64,000 nucleotides of DNA from Sphaerochaetaceae bacterium (GTDB lineage: Bacteria; Spirochaetota; Spirochaetia; Sphaerochaetales; Sphaerochaetaceae): positions 88 to 64,087 of the forward strand of contig JBFHKM010000001.1 of NCBI GenBank assembly GCA_041595335.1, in the 5' to 3' direction. Position numbers and translations under genes: made by a program. The first letter of the stretch is position 1, and every line of letters begins with the position of its first letter. The notes under the pieces were generated by a model. The model was given only the letters and a program-made list of their open reading frames with translations, ran no database searches and was not told the origin of the DNA. Positions 19,767-28,116 of this stretch are shown piece after piece.

Positions 19767-20960
19767 ATGAAAAGAGTTTATTTAGATAACGCATGTACTT
19801 CGTATCCAAAACCAAAAGTTTTGTCCAAGGCAATCGTCAATTTCATTGAAAATGATGGAAGCAACCCATCACGTGGAGTGTATGAAAGTGCACTTGAATC
19901 ATCATCTTTATTATTGGATACAAGAATCAAGCTTGCATCTTTAGTTGGCTCATCTGATTTCAAAAGTGTTATATTTACTTCTGGTATCACTGAAGCTCTA
20001 AACATGATAATTGGGGGAATGCTTACAGAAAAAGACCATGTTATTGTAACATCTTTAGAACACAACTCTGTTATAAGGCCACTTGTAGAAAGAGATATTG
20101 AATACTCAACTCTTCCTTGTGATGATAAAGCTCATACTATATTTGACGATGGTGAGACTCTTATAAGAGATAACACAAAAGCAATGATCATAACACAATC
20201 ATCAAATGTTTTTGGAACAATCACAGATATAGAAAGAGCTAAAGCTTTTGCAAAAAAGAATGACTTGAAGTTGATTGTAGATACAGCCCAAGGATTTCCA
20301 ATTGCTCCAATCACTCTTGATGGGATTGATGCAATTTGTTTTGCAGGTCATAAAGGATTCTTGGGACCTACTGGGATTGGTGGAATTATTTCAAATGAAA
20401 ATTTCCTCATGTCTTTGAAACCAATCATATGTGGTGGCACTGGCTCTGAAAGTGCATCACTTAAGATGCCAACTTTTCTGCCAGACCGATTTGAAGCTGG
20501 TACATTGAACTTGATTGGAATTGCTGGATTGAATGCAGTGATTGATGATTCACTTAGAGAGATTCCAGAATCACTAAAAAGCCATATAAAAGATACTGAT
20601 ATAAATAACTACTTTGAATTATATAGATACAACACGATGCAAAGATGCAAAGAGCTTCTTGAAGGCTTTTCAAAGATTGATGAAGTCAACATATTTGGTG
20701 AGATGAATATATACAGCAGAACCAGTGCAATATCCATAACCATTGATGGCATGGACTCAAGCGATGTAGCATCATCTCTATCTGATTATGGTATTGAAAC
20801 ACGTGTCGGCTTGCATTGTGCACCATTGGCACACAAGGCAATGCATACATATCCAAATGGGACAATTCGTTTCTCTCCTGGCCCATTCACAAACAAACAA
20901 GAAATTGAATACGCTCTTGAAAAATTAAAATTAATAATAAGGAATAACAATGAAAAATAA
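19767..20960 (+). CDS. Class V aminotransferase, NifS/Csd-like cysteine desulfurase or selenocysteine lyase family
   Basis: '[11 protein letters not shown]', PLP lysine 'AGHKGFLGP', active-site 'GLHCAP'. The ORF-track start at 19554 was rejected because it overlaps yedE. Confidence 0.85.
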   Translation: MKRVYLDNACTSYPKPKVLSKAIVNFIENDGSNPSRGVYESALESSSLLLDTRIKLASLVGSSDFKSVIFTSGITEALNMIIGGMLTEKDHVIVTSLEHNSVIRPLVERDIEYSTLPCDDKAHTIFDDGETLIRDNTKAMIITQSSNVFGTITDIERAKAFAKKNDLKLIVDTAQGFPIAPITLDGIDAICFAGHKGFLGPTGIGGIISNENFLMSLKPIICGGTGSESASLKMPTFLPDRFEAGTLNLIGIAGLNAVIDDSLREIPESLKSHIKDTDINNYFELYRYNTMQRCKELLEGFSKIDEVNIFGEMNIYSRTSAISITIDGMDSSDVASSLSDYGIETRVGLHCAPLAHKAMHTYPNGTIRFSPGPFTNKQEIEYALEKLKLIIRNNNEK

Positions 20961-21936
20961 ATATTTTAACTCCATGCTAGAAAATCTTCCAAAAGGATTG
21001 GAAAGAAGAACTGCAATTACTGGAAAGAATCTAGGTTGCGAAGCTATCTATGATTTAGATGGCAATTTCGTCTCTTCATCTGATGAAGGTATCAAAATTG
21101 ATGATTGTGAATATATGAGTGAGATTATTTCAGGTAAATTGGAACTTGTTATCTGTGGTGGTGGTCATGTTGGTCATGCTGTATATGAACTTGGTCTGTT
21201 TCTTGGAATGAATGTTACAATTGTAGAAGATAGAGAAGAATTCTGCAACAAAGACCTCTATCCTAAAGCAACTCTGAAAATAGGCAAATATGATGAAGTT
21301 CTAGATGGTATGGAATTATCACATTCTGCAATTGTTGTAGCAACTCGTGGACATAAATTTGATAGAACCTGTGTGCAGGCCATTCTTCCTAAGAGATATA
21401 GATATCTTGGTATGATTGGATCATCTGGTAAGGTTGCAACCACAAGAGGTCTTCTATCTGATGATATTGAATCTGGTAAGATTGATGCAAAAATAGAGAA
21501 GCTTGAGACTTTGCATGCTCCTATCGGTCTTGATATAAACGCTCAGACTCCTGAAGAGATTGCTGTTTCAATTTTAAGCGAGATAATTAAAGTAACAAAA
21601 TCAGATAAAAAACAAGTTCAAATTAAAGTGAGCGATTTAGAAAAACTTCTAAAAACAGACGAACCTTTTGTTGTAGCAAGAATTATTGAGAAGAAAGGCT
21701 CTGCTCCTAGAGAAGTTGGATCTTTTCTTGCAATATTGTCAGATGGTAGCATGATTGGTACTGTTGGTGGTGGTGCAATGGAAGCAGTTGTAATTCATGA
21801 TTCCAAAAAATTACTGAAGAATGAAAATCAAACTTCAGCAATTTTTGAACATGACCTATCAAATAAGAATGCAAGAAATCTAGGCATGATTTGTGGTGGT
21901 GATGAAAAAGTTATTCTTCACAAATTTATTTCATAA
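20950..21936 (+). CDS. XdhC-family Mo-cofactor insertion accessory protein, permuted domain order
   Basis: Rossmann '[12 protein letters not shown]' at residues ~65. Complete XdhC_CoxI-type '[32 protein letters not shown]...MICGG' at the C-terminus. Confidence 0.75.
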   Translation: MKNKYFNSMLENLPKGLERRTAITGKNLGCEAIYDLDGNFVSSSDEGIKIDDCEYMSEIISGKLELVICGGGHVGHAVYELGLFLGMNVTIVEDREEFCNKDLYPKATLKIGKYDEVLDGMELSHSAIVVATRGHKFDRTCVQAILPKRYRYLGMIGSSGKVATTRGLLSDDIESGKIDAKIEKLETLHAPIGLDINAQTPEEIAVSILSEIIKVTKSDKKQVQIKVSDLEKLLKTDEPFVVARIIEKKGSAPREVGSFLAILSDGSMIGTVGGGAMEAVVIHDSKKLLKNENQTSAIFEHDLSNKNARNLGMICGGDEKVILHKFIS

Positions 21937-22270
21937 GTTCTAGGAACTTATCAATATCGTTTTGTACCCTTTCATATTCTCCACTTTTTGGATCATATTT
22001 ATTCACTCTCAAACTTTCACAGAGAGTTACCAATGATTCATAAAGTGGAGTCAATCCTAAATTACCAGCAACACCTTTTAATGTGTGAACAATTACAAAA
22101 GGGACCTGTTGGTCCTCATCTTCAATATGCTCTTTTAAAGCTGGAATATTCTCATCTGCAATAAATAAGTCCAGACATTCATCATATAATTCTTCGTCAT
22201 TTAAAAATCTTTCAAATGCACCATCAATATCACATCCCCAAGATTTTAATTTTTCTACTCTTTCTGACAT
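21926..22270 (-). CDS. Stand-alone Hpt (histidine phosphotransfer) domain protein
   Basis: 114 aa. 'VHTLKGVAGNLG' is the Hpt phospho-His motif. Confidence 0.75.
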   Translation of the reverse strand: MSERVEKLKSWGCDIDGAFERFLNDEELYDECLDLFIADENIPALKEHIEDEDQQVPFVIVHTLKGVAGNLGLTPLYESLVTLCESLRVNKYDPKSGEYERVQNDIDKFLELMK

Positions 22271-22556
22271 ATTGTTTTCCTTTATTTTTTATTACGTAAA
22301 GTATAGTTCAATAATATCCAATTATCAACATTAATTTATTTTTACTGAATTATTTTTCAAATTGCTTTCATGCATATTTATCAACAGTTACCAAAGTAAA
22401 TGTATAATTATTCTTACAAATCACCACTATTTCTATATTTTTACCAATTTTCTTAAAATAATTGTATAAATATTCAGAATAGTATTGACAAAATCACCCT
22501 ATTTATACAATATACACGCATAAATATACAAACAAAATAAATATTGGAGAAAGAAA

Positions 22557-23333
22557 ATGAAAAAAATGATTATAACTTTGATGGTATTGCTATCACTGAC
22601 AACAGCAGGTCTATTTGCTAGCGGTTCAAAAGAAAATAACTCTAATGGTAAAGAAACCATTACAATGGCTACAAATGCAGAATGGCCTCCTCTAGAATAT
22701 GTTGATGATGATGGCAATGTTGTGGGTTACGAAGTTGAACTTACACAGGCTCTTGCAACAGTGACTGATTATAACTGGGAAGTTGTAAATGTTGCTTGGG
22801 ATGGTATTTTTGCAGGTCTATCTAATGGTGCATATGATGGTATTGCTTCAGGTGTTTCAGTAACAGAAGAAAGAAAAGCAGCCATGTTATTCTGTGATCC
22901 TATTTTGGTACAGATTCAATCTATAATCATTCCTACAGATTCAAAAGATTCTCCTAAGAATATAAATGACCTTGAAGGAAAAACAGTTGGTGTACTTATT
23001 GGTGCAATCGGAGATCTACTTCTTCAGGACAGTGGCCTAGATATTGAAATAAAATCATATGATAACATTGCATACGGTATTGAAGATATGTTAAATGGTA
23101 ATCTTGATGCAGTAGTTGTTGATAGCTTGATTGCTGGTGAATATGTAATCTCAAACAAAGCATACAATGGCAAACTAGTTGAAAGTGGTTTTGCTCAAGA
23201 AGTTGGTGAACCTATTGCAATGTGTTTCCCAAAAGGACAAGAAGAAAAAGTTGCAATTGTAAATCAGGCTCTTAAAGATTTAGAAGCAAACGGAACAATT
23301 GCAAAATTGAAAGCTAAATATGGTATTCTATAA
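22557..23333 (+). CDS. Amino-acid-type (family 3) ABC solute-binding protein, paralogue 1
   Basis: 258 aa. Signal peptide without Cys. 'EWPPLEYVDDDGN', 'WDGIFAGLSNGAYDGIASGVSVTEERK'. Confidence 0.85.
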   Translation: MKKMIITLMVLLSLTTAGLFASGSKENNSNGKETITMATNAEWPPLEYVDDDGNVVGYEVELTQALATVTDYNWEVVNVAWDGIFAGLSNGAYDGIASGVSVTEERKAAMLFCDPILVQIQSIIIPTDSKDSPKNINDLEGKTVGVLIGAIGDLLLQDSGLDIEIKSYDNIAYGIEDMLNGNLDAVVVDSLIAGEYVISNKAYNGKLVESGFAQEVGEPIAMCFPKGQEEKVAIVNQALKDLEANGTIAKLKAKYGIL

Positions 23334-23363
23334 TACTTATATATAAAATTATAAAAAACACTT

Positions 23364-23410
23364 AAGTGTGTGAGTCTCTAGTAAAATAGATCGCTCGCAC
23401 ACTTTTTTTT
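23364..23410 (+). terminator. Rho-independent terminator after paralogue 1
   Basis: AAGTGTGTGAG-N19-CTCGCACACTT followed by T8. Confidence 0.7.
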
Positions 23411-23689
23411 ATCCCTCCAACTAGAGAAATAACAGAGATCTATTTCAAATCATTTTTTCAATGGAGTTCAAGTAAAAGCTCTTTTATTTATATTCTATCA
23501 ATGACTATTAATACACAATTAGAACATTTTTTTTGCTAACTTTTAGAATATTTATTCAATATTTACTTATTCAACAAGAATAATGGGAATTTACTGTATA
23601 TTTATTTAATATTTTATCAAAAACTATTGACTATATAGTAATAAATATACATGATGTATGCATAATTATTCATTAAGGAGATATGAATT

Positions 23690-24466
23690 ATGAAAAAAAT
23701 ATTTATTGCTTTGATGTTTGCTTTAAGCATCACAATGAGTACTGTTGTTGCTCAGGGTACCAAGGAAGCGAGTGCTGATGACAGTCATATAATTGTTATG
23801 GCATCTAACTGCGAATGGCCTCCCTTAGAATTTGTAGATGAATATGGAGATATTGTTGGTTTCGAAATTGATTTACTGAAAGAACTTGAAGGCGTGACTG
23901 ATTACACCTTTGAAGTGAAGAATGTTTCATGGGATGGTATATTTGCAGGTCTAGCAAATGGAGCTTATGATGGAGTTATTTCAGGTGTATCTGTAACTGA
24001 TGAAAGAAAACAGGCAATGAGCTTTTCTGATGTTTTTCTTGAAATCAAACAGTCAATTATAACATTGTCAGATAACCAAAATCCTTCAACAGGTTTGGAT
24101 GAACTTGTGAATAAGAAAGCTGGTGTGCTGATTGGATCAACAAGTGATCTTCTTCTGCAAGACAGTGGTCTTGATATAGATATCATGTCCTACGATAGTA
24201 TAGCTCTTGCTGTAGAGGATCTTATAAATGGAAACTTAGATGCAGTATTAACAGATAGCGTTGTTGCAGGCGAATATGTTTTATCCAATAAGGCATTCGA
24301 AGGTAAACTTCAGATCACAGGTGACCTGGAAGGAATTTCTGAACCAGTTGCTATGTGTTTCAACAAGGGTGATTCATTTCATACTGAAATTGTAAATGCA
24401 GGTCTAAAAGAATTAGAAAAAAATGGAACTTTAAATGCCCTCAAAGAAAAATGGGCAATTTTATAA
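23690..24466 (+). CDS. Amino-acid-type ABC solute-binding protein, paralogue 2
   Basis: 258 aa. Same conserved blocks as paralogue 1. AAGGAG SD. Confidence 0.85.
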   Translation: MKKIFIALMFALSITMSTVVAQGTKEASADDSHIIVMASNCEWPPLEFVDEYGDIVGFEIDLLKELEGVTDYTFEVKNVSWDGIFAGLANGAYDGVISGVSVTDERKQAMSFSDVFLEIKQSIITLSDNQNPSTGLDELVNKKAGVLIGSTSDLLLQDSGLDIDIMSYDSIALAVEDLINGNLDAVLTDSVVAGEYVLSNKAFEGKLQITGDLEGISEPVAMCFNKGDSFHTEIVNAGLKELEKNGTLNALKEKWAIL

Positions 24467-24499
24467 ATATAATTTAAATATATAACGGGAGATATTTTT

Positions 24500-25273
24500 A
24501 TGAAAAAAACACTTATAACATTAATGATGATCTTGGCTTTTACTTCAACAGTTGTATTTGCACAGGGTTCAAAAGAAACAGAAGAAGAAAGTAAAGTCAT
24601 CACAATGGCAACTAATGCAGAATGGCCTCCTCTGGAATTTGTAGATGAAGATGGTAACATCACAGGATTTGAGATGGAGCTTCTTCAGAAATTCTCTGAG
24701 GTGAGTGATTACACATTCACTCCAATCAATATTGCATGGGATGGTATTTTTGCAGGTCTTGCTAACGGTGCTTATGATGGTATTGCATCAGGTGTTTCTG
24801 TAACAGAAGAGAGAAAATCTGCAATGGAATTCACAACACCTTTCTTAGTGGTAACACAATCAATAATTGTTCCAACTGATACAGGTTTTGAAGCAGCAAA
24901 AATTGATGAACTTGAAGGCAAAAAAGTTGGGGTACAAATTGGTACAACAGGAGATTTGATGCTCCAAGATAGCGGTTATGATGTAATAATCAAATCATAT
25001 GATTCAATTGCTCTTGCTGTTGAGGACTTACTCAATGGTAATCTAGACGCTGTTGTTACAGATAGTGTTGTAGCTGGTGAATATGTTCTTGGCAATGATG
25101 CTTTCAAAGGCAAACTTAAAGTATCTGGAACTTCAGAAGAAAACGTTGAACCTATTGCAATGTGTTTTCCAAAAGGAGATACAATGCATGTTGAGATCGT
25201 AAACAATGCACTTAAAGCATTGGAAGACAATGGAACAATGGATGAACTCAAAGCTAAATGGGGCATTCTTTAA
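24500..25273 (+). CDS. Amino-acid-type ABC solute-binding protein, paralogue 3
   Basis: 257 aa. Lies 33 nt after paralogue 2. Same conserved blocks. Confidence 0.85.
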   Translation: MKKTLITLMMILAFTSTVVFAQGSKETEEESKVITMATNAEWPPLEFVDEDGNITGFEMELLQKFSEVSDYTFTPINIAWDGIFAGLANGAYDGIASGVSVTEERKSAMEFTTPFLVVTQSIIVPTDTGFEAAKIDELEGKKVGVQIGTTGDLMLQDSGYDVIIKSYDSIALAVEDLLNGNLDAVVTDSVVAGEYVLGNDAFKGKLKVSGTSEENVEPIAMCFPKGDTMHVEIVNNALKALEDNGTMDELKAKWGIL

Positions 25274-25295
25274 TTAATAAAAACTTTTATACTTT

Positions 25296-25326
25296 GGCCT
25301 GGAATTGATTTTCCAGGCCTTTTTTA
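25296..25326 (+). terminator. Rho-independent terminator after paralogue 3
   Basis: GGCCTGGAA-N6-TTCCAGGCC followed by a T run. Confidence 0.8.
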
Positions 25327-25426
25327 TTTCTGTCATTAAAATATGTGTTGTTAAGTAATGCAAAAGTTATTTACTACTGAAAATACAGTGGTATCATAAT
25401 CATACATACATGATAAGGAAAAATGA

Positions 25427-26518
25427 ATGAATACAATATTGTTTTCTACAAATGGACATCAAAGAACAATAATCAACAGAGTTCTAAATTTAAAATGTAG
25501 AATGTATAGCTCATTTGAAGCTTTCTTAAAAGATAAACATCTTGAAGTATCTTTGGTAGTAATTGATGATTCAACTTCTTTTGATAGAAAAATTCTTTTT
25601 GAAGAGATAGCTTTCAGAGATTTAAAATGCCCTATATTGATAATCCATGGTAATAAAGACAAAAGATACCATATGATATCAAGTAACATCTTGTACATGC
25701 CAAAACCTCTCAATGATTCATCATTAAGAAGGTCTCTATCATTATTGAATATAAAATCAAATGCAAGTGAAGCCGATGAAGAAAAAAGAGACCAACACTG
25801 CGCAAACTTGGTTGGAAGCAGCAAGATGATGCAAGATTTAAGAGCAGAGTTGAACATCATTTCAAAACAGAATCTTCCAACAATTATTTTTGGTGAGACA
25901 GGTGTTGGCAAGGAGCTTGCAGCAAATCACCTTCACTTGAACAGCAGCTGCAGATATAAAGATATGATAAAGGTCAACTGCTCTTTGTTGAACTCCCCTA
26001 TCTCTGATTCCATTCTTTTTGGTCATGATAAAGGCTCTTACACTGGTGCAGATTGCATGCAGGAAGGTCTTGTACAAAGTGCAAACAATACAACATTCTT
26101 TTTAGATGAAATAGAGAATCTCAACCCTGCATCGCAGGCTAAATTACTTAGGCTTGTGGAAAGTGGAGAGTATAGGAGAATTGGCTCTCAAAAGATACTG
26201 AAAAGTGAGTTCAGGTTGCTTACAGCCTCAAACTGCACTTTGGACACTCTTCTGAATAAAAAGAAGTTCAGATCTGATTTTTTTTATCGAATATCTCAAT
26301 TTTCTATAACAATGCCTCCGTTGAGAGAGCATAAGGAAGATTTAGATGAACTTGTTCATCATTATTACAATAAAGTTGGTGAGATGAGAGATGTTGATTC
26401 ATCTTTCATGCAGAGTCTTTATGATCATGACTTTCCAGGAAATGTCAGAGAATTGAATGCAATATTAGAAAGAAGTCGAGCCTTCAGTAGAGGCTCGACA
26501 ATATCAATTAGAATGTGA
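25427..26518 (+). CDS. Sigma-54-type AAA+ enhancer-binding protein with degenerate receiver-like N-domain and no DNA-binding domain
   Basis: Walker A 'GETGVGKELAA', Walker B 'FFLDEIENL', 'GHDKGSYTGA' in place of GAFTGA, 'RSDFFYRIS', 'GNVRELNAILE'. The protein ends ~20 aa after that. Confidence 0.85.
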   Translation: MNTILFSTNGHQRTIINRVLNLKCRMYSSFEAFLKDKHLEVSLVVIDDSTSFDRKILFEEIAFRDLKCPILIIHGNKDKRYHMISSNILYMPKPLNDSSLRRSLSLLNIKSNASEADEEKRDQHCANLVGSSKMMQDLRAELNIISKQNLPTIIFGETGVGKELAANHLHLNSSCRYKDMIKVNCSLLNSPISDSILFGHDKGSYTGADCMQEGLVQSANNTTFFLDEIENLNPASQAKLLRLVESGEYRRIGSQKILKSEFRLLTASNCTLDTLLNKKKFRSDFFYRISQFSITMPPLREHKEDLDELVHHYYNKVGEMRDVDSSFMQSLYDHDFPGNVRELNAILERSRAFSRGSTISIRM

Positions 26519-27880
26519 TTAAAATATTTTAATTGGTTTGTGGTCTGCCACTTGTTTCTCAATTTTGGTAAGAAGCATTCTATAAAAACAGTATGCCATA
26601 ACACCAGTTCCTATCCATGCAAAAGGAGATGCAAGACATATTCCAATGTAGCTCCAAATTGGAACAAATATTATGATTGCGATAACTCTAAACAAGATCT
26701 CTTGGAATGCACATATCATTGGAATCAAACCAGAACCAAGTCCCTGAGTTGCACTTCTGTATACAAAGATACTTGCAAGAGGAATGTAAAACAGTCCAAC
26801 TGTTTTTATATACTGAACTGAGTACAGTAGAACAGATGTGTCTTTGTCTGATAAGAACAATCTTGAAATATCGGCACTGAATAAGAACTGAATCATACCA
26901 GAAATAAGGGCAATTATAGCTGTTAAGAACATTGTTTTTTTGACGCCTTCTCTTATTCGGTCTATTCTTCCTGCCCCAATATTTTGACCACAGTATGTTG
27001 TAATTCCTGCACCAAAGCCAGTGAAACTCTGCTCAAAAAGTCCTTCAATTCTTACACCAACACCAAATCCAGCTACTGCATCTGAGCCAAATCCGTTTAG
27101 GTTTGCTTGAACAACAAGTACACCAATAGATATTACAGAAAAATGGAAACCACTTGGGATACCGATCATTAACAGTCTTTTTACCACTTCTTTATCATAC
27201 TTCCAGTCTTCTTTTTGAGGCCAAATTTCTTTGTACTTTGTTTTTATGAAAACCATGGTCAAGATTGCACTTACTGTCTGGGCAAATACTGTAGCTACAG
27301 CTGCTCCTTGAACACCCATATCGAATACAGCAACACAGATGAGATCTCCTGCTACATTCAATGCAGAGCTGAAGATCAAAAAGAATAAAGGTGTCCTGCT
27401 ATCTCCAACCGATCTCAAGATTGAAGAGAATGTATTGTAGTACATTATGGTAATTATTCCATACACTATTATTCTGAAATAGCTTTCTGCAAGGTCAATG
27501 ATATTTTCAGGAGTTGATATCAATCTAAGCAGAGGTCTGACTAAAAGCAAGGATATTATGGTTATTGCAAGTGAGCAGAAGAATGTTGTGAGTATGGACA
27601 TTGCAATGCTCTTTCTCACTCCCACTTCATCTCCAGCTCCATACCTCTGACTGACAATAACAGAGAATCCTGTAGAGAGGCCTAAGGCAAAACCAATCAG
27701 TGTGAAACCAATTGGACCAGATACACCGAGGGCAGCTAATGCTTCAACGCCAACGTATCTTCCTACAATCAAAGTATCGATTACCTGATAAAACTGTTGA
27801 AAAAAATTCCCGATAATTATAGGTATCGAAAACATTGTAATTTGTTTTAGAGGACTTCCCTCAATCATGTTAATTTTCAT
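26519..27880 (-). CDS. MATE family efflux transporter
   Basis: 453 aa, ~12 hydrophobic spans. N-terminal 'PIIIGNFFQQFYQVIDTLIVGRYVG' is typical of MATE/NorM proteins. Confidence 0.88.
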   Translation of the reverse strand: MKINMIEGSPLKQITMFSIPIIIGNFFQQFYQVIDTLIVGRYVGVEALAALGVSGPIGFTLIGFALGLSTGFSVIVSQRYGAGDEVGVRKSIAMSILTTFFCSLAITIISLLLVRPLLRLISTPENIIDLAESYFRIIVYGIITIMYYNTFSSILRSVGDSRTPLFFLIFSSALNVAGDLICVAVFDMGVQGAAVATVFAQTVSAILTMVFIKTKYKEIWPQKEDWKYDKEVVKRLLMIGIPSGFHFSVISIGVLVVQANLNGFGSDAVAGFGVGVRIEGLFEQSFTGFGAGITTYCGQNIGAGRIDRIREGVKKTMFLTAIIALISGMIQFLFSADISRLFLSDKDTSVLLYSVQYIKTVGLFYIPLASIFVYRSATQGLGSGLIPMICAFQEILFRVIAIIIFVPIWSYIGICLASPFAWIGTGVMAYCFYRMLLTKIEKQVADHKPIKIF

Positions 27881-28116
27881 ACAGGAACGCTATATCATGG
27901 CTTTATAATAGTCAATGAATTTTTTAAAAATAAATTAAATTTTAATACAATCTCATCATCTTTATTTTGATTGCAAATCTAAATATAAATATTACTAATT
28001 TAAAACTGCAAGATTGGTATGTTAATAATTTAAAAGTATATATTTAATCTATTTCATCTTTCTTTTTGATAATATTCTTACTACAATACTAATGAAATTA
28101 TGAATGAGGAAATTAT

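Noticed and set aside
22499-24663. Two similar antisense peptides ('SSTYSRGGHSAFVAIVM' at 22499..22717 and 'SSTNSRGGHSALVAIVM' at 24379..24663) that look like a repeated small gene.
   Set aside because: The similarity is the mirror image of the conserved 'MATNAEWPPLE' N-terminal block of the solute-binding-protein paralogues on the plus strand.
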